Assembly: GCF_018350175.1 (NCBI RefSeq)
Contig: NC_058369.1
Coordinates: forward strand, 4,838,001 to 4,902,000
DNA length: 64,000 nt
Direction of reading: 5' to 3'
Source of the DNA: Felis catus
Lineage: Eukaryota
Shown here one piece after another: positions 38,801 to 50,800 of the stretch. Positions within the stretch are counted from its first letter, which is position 1. Each line of letters begins with the position of its first letter. The position numbers and the translations under genes are program-made. The notes under the pieces were generated by a model. It ran no database searches and had not been told where the DNA came from. It worked only from the letters and a program-made list of their open reading frames with translations.

Positions 38801-41800
38801 AAGTAGGGGAGAGGAGGAAGCTCAAGTCAATGTTAGAGAGGAAGGCAGTGACAGAAAGTCCGATGGAGAGCAAACACGGAGAGAGAAAACCCAGGGGGAG
38901 CGGAGCAAGGGGAATGCTTTTTAGCACTGAGCACTTTATTTTTTAAACCCAAGTGGCTCCTTTCAAAAGTTGTTTAGGACTATGATGAGAAGAAGTTGGA
39001 GGAAGCAAGTATAAAATGAGGTTGGAATGAGACTGGTCAGAAGGTAAGCTTTTTAGAAAAGATGAGATGACCTGGGTTGTCCACCTTCTTTTTATGCCCC
39101 TTCCCTCCATCACCCAGCAGCAGAGACCCCTCACTTCCTAGACTGGGCCTGGTGTGGCCCAGAAGGAGGCCTGCCTGGTAGACGTCAGATCCCCATTGGA
39201 AGCCTTACCTTGTCCAGGTAGATGGTGACGGTGTTCTTATTTGAGAAGGCCTTGTTCAGCTCGTACATAGAGATGTATCTGTCAATGCCGTTGCTCAGCT
39301 GCGGAAGGGTAAGACTTGTGAAAATTGCCCTCAAGCCTTTGTCCACTGATGCCAGCCCCCAAGCCCAAGCCCTTCATACCAGGTCAAGGTCACCAGTGTC
39401 AGGAGAAAAGCCAGTCATCATGGATATATCCAGGATCGACATGGTAGCATCCTGCTCTCCCAGGTACCTGAATAGGGCAGGGAGAGGGCACTTGGGTCCC
39501 AGGGTAGGGTCAGCCCTGGGGCACAGTGTCTGTACAAGGGGGTCTGGTCAGAGACTGGGGTTACTGGTTCCCACACAGCAGCACAGAAGGATATTAGATT
39601 GTGGGAAACATTCCCCAAATGGAATAAAGGAAAGGCAGTGTCATGGTCAAGGTGACTAAAAGCTCAGGCTCTGGAGCCCCTTTGCACGGGTTCAAATCCC
39701 AGCTCCATATGACATTTGATGAGTCACTTGACCTCTCCATGCCTCAATTTGTCCAGAAAATGCAGACGAGAAAATGTTACCATGGCCTAGCTCAATAACG
39801 CCAGGCCCCCAGCACCAGGGTACATTAGTCGTAATTGCATAAAGTACGAGTACAAATCTTGTCTCTGGATCTCGAGTCCACCAACCATTGTGCAAATCAC
39901 AGACACGCATCACGGTCAGTGACCAATCACGTCATTCCTTTCAAAGTCTGTCTGTGATGGGTCACTGAGCAGCAAGGCCTGTGGTTGCGGTACTTCCTTA
40001 TCTCCCAGGGATAAACCGCATGGCGTTTCACAAAACTGGTCAACTGGCAGAGGGATCTGCCAGCCAAGATGAAAGGCAGCAGAGAAATGAAGACACTGGA
40101 GGCAAAATTTGAAATCACAGAAACGGAGTTAGAGAAGGAACAGCAGACTGTGCGAATGTCACCCTTGCAGCCATTGGAGGGACCGACCGGCTGTCTTGTG
40201 ACATCGGCCGCTCAAAAGATAGGATGTTGGAAGCTGACCTAACTTAGCAGGGAGCGTGACAGTTCACTATGTCATAGGAAAGATGCCTGCTCAATCCCTG
40301 CCCCAAGTGACACAACAGAAGGAAGACCCACAGCACTTTTGGTGAGTGTTTTACAAAGGAGAACAACAATCGCTTGTTATCTCCGTGTTCTAATGTTGGA
40401 GTTTACAGCATGCTAAACAGATTCTCATGTTACTGTAATTTCCATTTCTCTGTACCTTCCTAACTGGCGGTTTGAGAGTTCTGAAGCTGTGATAAAACGC
40501 TTTGAAGGTCATGCAACAATGGCAACTTCCCCCACTGATTTGTTGACACTGCTTGAATAATTTCAGGTTATGGGGCCATCGCTCGTGTTGGACTGCCAAT
40601 GCAAAGTGAGGACTGCCTGGGGTACCCACCTCCTGGCAGGTACTTCAGACAATACCAGATGCACAACATGCTCTTAGAAAGGATTAGGTCATGGAAAGGA
40701 GAAGTCTTGCTATAGACAGAGGAATGGCCAAGATGACCCCCAGTGACCCATCACTTACCTGGTACAGATGTCAAGGATCATGGTGTCCAGGGCTTCCTGA
40801 GGCCTCTTGACTAGAAACACAGACAGAAAAATGGGAGGGAGGTGTCCCTGGGTCCCAACTCAGGAAGGAGGCAGACATTAGAATGAGGGCGGGGGAAGGG
40901 TAACAGGGAGGGTCTTAACTCTTTTACCATCTTCAGGAGCTCGTCGTATATCAACCTTGAGGTCAAACTTCTTGCAGGTGTGGTTGCTTTTGAGCTTGGC
41001 ATGGTACATTGTCACCACCTGGTGAGATCACAGGGCAATGCAGTGTCAGCCCACTTGAATTGAGAAGAGCATCCCTCGGGGTCAGAGGGGCTGAGAGAAG
41101 GCGGGCCAAGCTGGTGTGTGTTCCTGTTCCTTACCGACAAGGTGCCTTGTCCCTTCCCTTTAGCTGTTACTACGAAATCCTCATTTTTCTTGGTCTGCAG
41201 GGAGCAGGGAGAGAAGAGAGAGGATTTGGGAACCAAGCCTTCCCCTGGTTGCTACAGTCATATGCTCTATTTCTCGCCTGTGGCAAACACTGGTTGTTGT
41301 GGAGGGGGACGGCAAGCGTTTGGCGAGGCAGTTGTACCTCTGCTGACCGCTGGAGGCTAGCAGATTCCCAGAGGATAGTGTGCCTGATGGCAGAGCTGCG
41401 GCTGGGCAGTTCAATGGATACTTCCAGGTTCAGGTCCTTGTGGTCAGGGACATCCTTCTGGAATTGGGCCAAGGCCTGGAACACCATGAAGGTGGCCTAG
41501 AGCCCATGAGAAAGAATGAAGGTGAGCCAGGAGACTGAGAAAGTGGTTAGAACCCACTGGGGAAGGAAGAGACTCAGATCAGAGGGAAGGGTGTACTGGG
41601 ACTATAGCTTAGGACCCCCTGCCCCAGAGAAGGTGAGGATAAGATTAGGGGTTGTTAGACACTGAGGACTTGTTCTTGATTCTCCAAGGGACAGTGGCTT
41701 AGACAAGAGGTTGGACACACTGAGAACAGGTCTAGAATCCACCAGAAATTGTAGGTATAGGACTGAAACTCTAGCACCATTGAAAATATGACACAACCCA

Positions 41801-44800
41801 TCCAGGGCAGAGTCTAGGACAAAGGTTCGGAGCCACTGAGAATGTGTTTAGAACCCATTTGTGTAAAAGGAATGAAGTTGGAGGGGCGCCTGGGTCGCTC
41901 AGTCAGTTAAGCGTCCAACTCCGGCTCAGGTCATGATCTCGTGGTCCGTGGGTTTGAGCCCCGCGTTGGGCTCTGTGCTGGCAGCTCAGAGCCTGGAGCC
42001 TGTTTTGGATTCTGTGTCGCCCTCTCTCTCTGCCCCTCCCCTGTTCATGCTCTGTCTCTCTCTGTCTCAAAAGTAAATAAACGTTAAAATAAAAAAATAA
42101 AAAAAAAGGAATGAATTTGGATCTTGGGGATACTGATCATATGCTCTAGATTTCAAATGGACAGAGACTGGCCACTTTCCAGGAAGAAAGGGGTCAACTG
42201 GAGACTGAGGCTATTGAAACCGTGTCCTAGAACCCACTCTCCTGGGTCAGAGAGGCTTATATGATGTCCTAGCTGATGTCCAAGAACATGATCTAGAACC
42301 CACAGTAAGATGAACTAACACTGGGAGCTGGTGGAACTGAGATCCTGGTCTAGATATCAGGAGGCTCAGAACACAGCTTGGGCATCCAGAATGTAGTCTG
42401 GACTCCACCACTGGGTTCACAACTAAAAAATCCTGACCTCTCAATTCCATTACAGCCACTGTGGCTTGTGGGACAGAAGGACTGCCCCTCTTGGTTAACA
42501 TGTTCTCTGGGAGGCCAGTGGGAAGCCAGAGGAGGTAGGCATGCAGGTGCCTGGGGGATATGGGGTCACTTGCCTGGGTGGAGCCGTAGCCACCTTCGTA
42601 GTATCTCTGCTCATTGAGCCAGCTGGCGATGGGACGTACAGAGTCAAAGTCTTTGAGCACCAGCAGGGCCAAGAGGGCATAGGATGTGGCCTCCACGTTG
42701 TAGAGGTCCTTGCCAGGCTCCTCCCAACTTGTCTTCTCTGCAAAGAGATGCACCCCCCCCATCCCGTTCCCCATGCTCACTGCACAGTCCAGCCTGAGAT
42801 GGTTCAAGAAAACTCAGAAAAAGACTCACAATAGACTCCTTGGTGTTCAGGTGTCCTGACTGACATCCAAGGCCCTCAATCTGCTGGCTCCTGCCTCACT
42901 CTCTTCTTTCATCAACCTTCACTCTTCCAGTTCAATTCTCAACTGCAGCCCCACTGATCTACAGGAGATTCCCTAAACTTTCCATGGTCATTCTTACTTC
43001 CTGGGCCTTTTCACATTCTGTACCCGCTATGTATTCCTGGTTAATCCCATCCTGCGCAATTCAGCTTCAATGGCACCCCAAGAGTTTGTGAGGCCCTCCC
43101 TCTGTCTCTTAAAACATCATGTGCTGTCCTGTCCTAGCACTGTGATGCTCTATAGCAATCTATTTACTCATTTGTTTCCTCAACTGGAGTGTGAACCATG
43201 TTGGCAGGGGCTGTGCTGTATTCCTTGCGATGTCCCAAGTGCCCACGAAAGCACTTGTGGCAGAGATCGTCATTAAAAAGCATTCCCTCCTCAGGGACAC
43301 CTGGGTGGCTCAGTCGGTGGAGCTTCCAACTTTGGTTCAGGTCATGATCTCACGGTTCAGGAGTTCAAGCCCCACATCAGGATGTCTGCTGTCAGCACAG
43401 AGCCAGCTTTGCACTCTCTGTCTCCCACTGTCTCTGCCTCTCCCCTGCTCATGCCCTCTCTTTCAAAATAAATGAACATTAAAAAAAAAAAACACTGCTC
43501 CCTCCTCCTGGGCACACAGTTGCAATGCATCTCCCATGTGTCTTTGCAGGCAGGTGCAGCCACATGACTGAACTCTGGATGATGGAATGGACACTGGCAA
43601 TGTTAGGGGCCCCTTCCATGCCTGGTCTACCTCCCTTGAATGATCCACCTGACCATTTCCCCTTCTGCTTAGATGGAGTGGATCCCAAGCACCCCGTGGT
43701 GGCATAGTCATGAAAAGATAGAGGCCCAGATCTCCACATGACTGTCTGGAAGAGAGCTGTCCACCAACAACAAGCTTCCATTGTGCTAAACCACCTCAGT
43801 ATATGTACTGACATATGTTACATCAGTGAGTGCAAACCTGATGCAGTATATTCACCTGAGCCAATGATTAAGTGCTCACTGTGTGCTGGGCACTGTGCTA
43901 AATTCCCTATGGCATTACCTTATCTAATCCTAATTACCCTTGAGATAATGACGACAACAACAGCGGAATAGAGCTCTCACTGTATGCTAGATCTTCTACC
44001 TACATTACTCCTTCAATCTTGTCAACCACCTATGATGTAAGTATCTTCTTCAGATGAGGTCCAGGGAGGGTCAGTGACTTTTACAAAGTCGCACAGTGAG
44101 AATGTGGCAGAGGGGGATTTGAATTTGGGTCTGTCTGATGTCGGAGCCCACGTCCTTGTTCCTGTGTCATAGCAAGTGCTCAAAACATAGCTGTTGAATG
44201 AATGATGCTACCTTCTTGTGTAGCTTACAGTGAGGATTCTGACACTTCAGAGCCATTCACCAAGCAGGACTTAGCACCATCCACTCCAGCTCAACTTGAA
44301 GCTGCCCATCGTAGCATAGCTTAGAGCCACACATGCCAGCTCAAGATGACCACCCCCAAACCATGGCCATGCATTCCTCTGTTCTTCACCAGGCTGCCAC
44401 TCACCTTTGGCTGTGCTCAGAAATTTTTCGAGGAGATCTTCCTTCAGCCTGCCTAATCGGGCCAGGGCGTAGCCTGCAATGGCCACAGAATATGGTCTCC
44501 GCAGGTTCCTATAGTGGAATTCAATATAATCGCCTGCCTTATTGATGTTCTTTTCCAGGCTCTGTGAGAAGAAGGATTGGTTCTCTGGTAAGTTGGACAT
44601 TGCAACCACAGAGAGCTGTTAAGTTTCACACAAATGCCAATTCTTGGGTATGAGGAAGGATTCTGTCCCTGGTACATATTTGTTTAGAATCTTTTTTTTT
44701 TTTCTTTTTTGGGTTTTCCAGACATTTTAGTATCTGTGAACTGCCTCGTTGCTGAGTAACTCTGATGTGCCTGGGACAGTTTATATACCCAGTGGTGTTT

Positions 44801-47800
44801 TGGTAACAGTTTAAGCACCAGCTCTCCGGAGTGTGTATGGGGGCCAGGGGTCTGTTTTATCACCTGCCAATTACTGTGGTGTAAATGCTCCCACTGTGGG
44901 CAATTTCAAGCTACCAACGTAATGGCCCTGAACATAAAGGGGAGAATATGTGTCGCAGATAGACACTCATGACCTAGCATGACCCAGCTTCAGCACCCCA
45001 CTGGGAAACCTCTTCTCTAATCATCAGCTTCACAGCTAACACTTACTATATGGCAGTCACACAGGCAATCGCTGAACTTCAGGATCCTATGGGGTTGGCA
45101 TTATTTTCATCATCATCTCTACTGCACGAATGACAAGATTGAGACCCAGAGAGATGATGGAAGGAGGAAGACATGATGTGCAGCGTTCGCGAACTTTCTT
45201 GGTGTAAATATTACCGTGGCCAATTTCAAACTATGTGGAGTCAGTGAATGCAGAGTTGGGGGGAGGGGGGCAGTAGCACAGAAGTAGATAGCATTTCCAC
45301 CTTATAGGTACATAACCTCCAGATGGATAGATTTGTCATAGATAATGAGGCAAAGTAATAAAACAATCAGGAAGTGATGAGTTTTGAGTGTTTCTTACCT
45401 TTGCTTTTAATGCTTAGTGTTTAGTCTAAAGTCAGTTTACATAATTTGCTTGAAAAGAATGATTGTGTTTAACAACTAGCTTGTGAAAGTCCTGGAAGTT
45501 TAACAGTTGGCTTTCACAGACTGATCCCAGCACACTTTTCATCTGCATCCCAGTAATCTGGGTCTACAGCCTATGCTATACTCAGGCATAGTGTTGCCAT
45601 TTTGTAGAGGAAATGTTGGTGCCTTGCAGAAGAAACTAATCCTTTCCCCGCCAGCTGCCTGTCCTCCATCTACTCTTGACTTTTGCAGAAACTTCGGCCT
45701 TTCATTCACTCGGCCACAGTGGAAGCAGCCATATTTGCTCAGTAAGACCTACTTCCTGGCCTCAGCTGATTGGTCCAGGTATGACCACCTGACCCCGGGT
45801 GGGCCAATCAGAATTTCCCCTATGGGAAGCTGAAAGCTCTAGGTTTGGTCTGGCTATTTCCCCAAGGAAGGCAGCCAAGTTCTGCCGGGCAGGCTGGGTG
45901 GCAGGGAGAGAGAATTATTTGGCCCAGAACGGCCTGGGTCCCTCTGAGGCCCTAAAGTCAACAGCCCTGTCCCCTCTATCTTGAGTCCGATGAAGGGAGG
46001 GGCAGCTGCCTGAGGTAAAATCCTGGGCTCTCCACCTTGGCAAGCTAAGGTCAAACAAACCACTCTCAAACCCCAGGACAAAGCAGAGGGAGTAATTGCA
46101 GAGACTCTCGGGAGTCCATCTTTCTAAGCTTCTCTGCTTCAGAACCAAACCCAGAGGAAAAAGAGACAGCCATGAGCCAATACTTGTAATCATTTCCTTT
46201 TTGGGGTCATGGGCCCCTTGGAAAATTTCCTAAAAGATCTCCTGAACTAAGAGAGTAGCCTTGATGTGTTCTTGGGTCTGGGTTGTGCCTTTTCTTCAGG
46301 GAAGCAGCAAGGTATGCTGCACTGATCATGTAGCAGTGATGGGGGAAGCAGGCTGAGGGGGCTTTTGTTGAAATTGGCTGACACTCTCTGGACAGGGTAA
46401 AGCAGGCAGAAAGGACCCATTCTTTGATCTCTTTCTGTCTTAGTTTTCTCCTCTGTAACCTGGGGATAAGAAGAGTAGCCTACGTCTCGGACGCTTAGAA
46501 GGATTACAGGACTTAGCATGTGCAGCACTTAGATGAGCATCTTAGTTAACTGCTCAAAAAATGCTGGGAATTATTATGGTTTTATGGGCATTATGGCTGC
46601 TGTGGTAGCTGCTATTGCACTGGGAGGACCAGGAATCACCCTAATGCAACACCTCACCCTCCAAGGTGGATGTGCCGTGGGTAGGGAGGCGAGAAAGAGA
46701 CGGTGGCAGACACTTACATTGACCCTTTGCTTGCAAATATCTTTAGCCTCTTCCAATGCAATGAGAACAAAGGCTGTGAGGGACACATCCTTCTCTTCAT
46801 TCTCCTGGTAGCCACCCTAGAATGGGAAGCAAGAAACAAGGATAGTATGGCCACTGTGTCCCCACATGCTGACCAAACCTCTTGTAGGGTCAGCAGGTCA
46901 AGGCAGGGTTGAGTCTCTCAGCAGTATCTCCCTAGGTGGGCCACACTTTTAAATATTCATTGATTCAGCAATTGTTGCTGGTGCTGTGGATAAGATGGTG
47001 GGCAAGAACTAGACACCAGCCCCAACCCCCACAGTGCTCCCCATCTAGTAGGGGAGACAGACATGAACCAATTGGCTCACCAGTAGACATATCGTTACAA
47101 ATTGGTGAGTGCGGTGCAGGAGGAGAAGTGGATGTGGCATTGAGAATGGACAGTGGCAGTGTGACTCAGTTGTGGAGATCAGGAAAGATTTCCCTGTGGG
47201 ATGACCAGGGTTGGCATGCCAGACAGTGAGAACAGCATGTGCAAAGGCCCCGTGGCTGGATAGAGCAAAGCTCCTTGCAGTACAGATGGCATGTGATGGG
47301 GGTAGGGGGATGGTGTGACATTGGAAATCTGAAATGTCAGGCTAAGGCAGTTTCTCCACCTTATGCATGCATCAGCACCTCATGGCAGGGGGAGGGGGGG
47401 TTGTAGCAACTATGATTCCTAGGCCCTACTCCTGAAGTTTCTGATCCCTGCATCTCAAGTCTAGATTGAGAACATACTTTTATAACAAGTTTGAAGGTGA
47501 TTATGCAGCTACTGGCCTGGGGACCACATTTGGAGAACCACAGCTGGGAGGGGTTCTATATTTTCAGAGTGAAGGGGGAGGGACTTCGGTGTTGCAGTAG
47601 CCTCTGAAGGTCTCTGGTCTTTGCATTGGGAAAGTGACACTCTCAGCTGAAGGGGTAGCCTTTCTGCTGTCTATCCTGTGACTCCAGTCGTCCCTCCCCC
47701 AGCTTGCCTGAAACCCATGCTTCTTACAGTCATTGCTTGGGACATTACGGGCGCATCTTCCCGGAAGACCCCATCGGGATTCTGCCTGTGAAGAATCAGC

Positions 47801-50800
47801 CATTTGACCGCCCCGCAGATGACATCGGCCTGAATGGCAATGAGGTTGGAAGCCAGAGAGAAGACCTTGACCACGTAGGCTGTCAGCCTGTGGGCGGCAC
47901 AAAGCGTCAGCCAATCGCCTCCGGGATCCAGAGACTGCCATTCCAGGAAACCAATGAGCAGAGAGGGGCGGGGCCTACAGGCTGGCCCAGCTTCCCCACC
48001 CAAGGCAGGCGCCAGCCTAGCCACAGAGGGCGCTTGATGTCCACAGGCCACGTGGCAGCTCAAGGTGGGCGGCTCATCTCTATGGGCTGAGGGTCCATAG
48101 CACAGGATGTTCGGGCGACACCTGGCTGGAACACCCCAGACAGGCCTGCTCAGTGGGGTGCCAGAACCGCTCACCAGGTGCTGGGCTTCCTGTCCAGGTA
48201 GGCCGCATAGGCCGAATTGTCCTGTCTGTAGGCCAGCTGCTGGGAGTACCCTGCAGGGAAGCCAGAAGTGTCTCCAGAGGAGCAAGGGGCTGAGTGGAGG
48301 GGCTCAGGGGACAAGGATTCTCTGAGGGGCGAGACAGGGGTTCAGGGAGGAATGAGGGGGCTCAGGGCTGAGCAGGGAAGTCTGCTGGGAGAGCGGAAGG
48401 GACTTCTAAAAGGGGAAGGAGTTCTCAGAGGAGAGGGGTTCAGAGAGGCGAAGGATCTCAAGGGGGTTCAGGGCAAGGGGGCCTCAGGGAGAGAGGGAGT
48501 TCTAGAGGGCTCAGAGGGGCCCAGGGTCTCAGAGAGGGCAAAGGTCAAGGGAGGTCTTTGAAAAGAAGGGATCCTGAAAGGGGAGGAGCTTAGAGGAAGG
48601 GCGTGGCCTGGAAAGGGGCCTGAGTCTCAGGGAGGACCCTGCTCTGGAGGTGGCTGGAGCAGAGAGGGTCTCCCAGGCAGACCCACCCTTTTCGATGAGC
48701 TGTAAGGCTTCCTTTCGCTTTGTGGGTCCCAACTTCTCCCACTGCTCCGTTTGGTCCAGGTAATGGACGGCAATGACCGTGGGCGTCATGCTTTTCATGT
48801 TCTGCTCCCCACAGCCCGAGGGGATCACGATGAGGTTTTTCAGTCGCTCTGCATCAATGGCATCCTCAGTCAACTGAGCCACCGGGGTCCCTGCAACCGG
48901 GCGGGAGGACAGGGCTCAAGCAACTCACCCACCATGGGGTGGGGTGAGAAGGGTCAGGGCTGTCCCCAGTGATCCCAGGCTCCGGGCAGCCAGTGCCAAA
49001 GAGGTCAGGACCAGTTGGGGGCTGAGGGGAAGTGATGGTAGGAGGTAGGAGGCAGGGGTAGGGGAGTGGGGAGGGTGTCTACATTTGTAGGGAAGGGGGT
49101 CTTATGCTTCACAGAAATCTGCTCCCTGAGCCTCTTGTTACAAGTGGCAAATTAATTCCAGAACAATCGTCACCAACACTTAGATCATGCTTCATGCTGT
49201 TGCCAGGCGCTGTTCTAGAGAAACATCATACAGTATCTCATTTAATCCTCTCAACAAGCCTTTGATATAGGTACTATTATTCACCCCATCACAGATCAGA
49301 AAACCAAGGGTCTCTCCCCAAAACCTTACAGCTTACAGGTTACAAGGTGCTTTTCCAGGAACTTCTTTTCCCTTCTGGCTCCAGTCGTCAACTCAGGCAA
49401 TTAGTTCCAGAATTTCCTGCTCTTGAACTATACTGTTTCTCATTTAAGCTTCTCTATCAGCAAAGGCTATTTGCTGAACTAAATACTGCCTGGAACCCTC
49501 TATAAAACAGATCAGGGAGGTGGCCTGCTGTTCTAGCTGTAGTGGAGGCAGGGGATGCACGGTAGCATATACACCCAGAATTAGAAATTAGGTCCCCTTC
49601 TCCAGAGCTGTGCCTTCCTGGGCGAGGGTCAGTGGCAGCTCACCTTGCAGGAGGATCCTGGTCTCTGAATCTGTGTCTGGTACCTGGTCACTGAGGTCTA
49701 TGGCATGGACCTCCTCTCGCTGCACTCCGTCTGCCAGTGGAATGGGAGGGACCCGTGGCGTCACCCTCTCCCACAAGGCCCTGCCTCACCCCCTACCCCC
49801 CACCCCCAGGTCTCACCCTTCTGCTGTGGCTGACTCACTTTGGCCCCGGTTTTCTGGATCCAGTGTGTGAACGGCCACAGTTTTGTTGACTCTGATCCCT
49901 TCAGGCTGAACAGTGTTGGGATGGGATGGGGGAGGGGGAAGTCAGGTGAATAAAAGAACAGACACAGCTGATCAGCAGGGCATGGGCACGATGGCATCAC
50001 CCATCCTAGTTCTGTGACTGGGAGTCAGTTTACCCCATTGCCTCTCAAATGTCCTTAAAATAAAAGAATGTCATAAAGTGCTGAGTATAATGCCTGGCAC
50101 TTAGTAAGCGCTCAGTTAAACTAGGGGCTATCTTATTATCAATGTCCCAAGTGAAGCTCTCCTTCCATGCTGGACTGCTGCTCTTTGTGCCCTTCCATCA
50201 CACATTGTCCTTGAAGCTGGTACTAATGCACACATTTTCCTTTGGAGACCCAGTCTCCTCCATGGCAGTGGAGCCATCTCTCCAGGAGAGCCATCTCTCC
50301 AGGAAGAAAAGATCCTGATTTGTGGCACTGGCAGTTTCCATCCTGCGAACATCCCTGCCACGGTAGATTTCAAGCTACCAGCATCAGAGGGTGCAGAATT
50401 GGGAGTTGTGGACACACTGGCTCTAGGGAGCGCCGTGCAGGTTCCAGCGCCCTCTTGGGTTTCTTCCCATGTTGCCACACTTAGCCACACTGGGACCCCT
50501 GATAAAAGGGATAATTAAGATTGTGCTCCTGGGGGCGCCTGTCTGCCTGGATGGAAGAGGATGGGATTCTTGATCTTGGGGTTGTAAGTTCAAGTCCCAC
50601 ATCGGGTGTGGGGATTACTTAAAAATAAAATCTAAAAAAAAAAAAAAAAAAAAAAAAAAAGAGTTTGGTTCCATTAAGGAAAGAAATATTATAATAAATT
50701 CTAGTTTGGTATAAATAAGATATTTCACTGTAAAATAACACTGTCAGTTTTAAATCATTTTCTTTTTTTTTTTTTTTTTTGAGTTAGGTTCTGTTATCCT

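Noticed and set aside
39445..39467. Loss of the human C3 RGD motif (YLGEQ here) and of Arg at the third factor I site
   Set aside because: As far as I recall, neither is conserved across non-primate C3, so they are not diagnostic of this copy.
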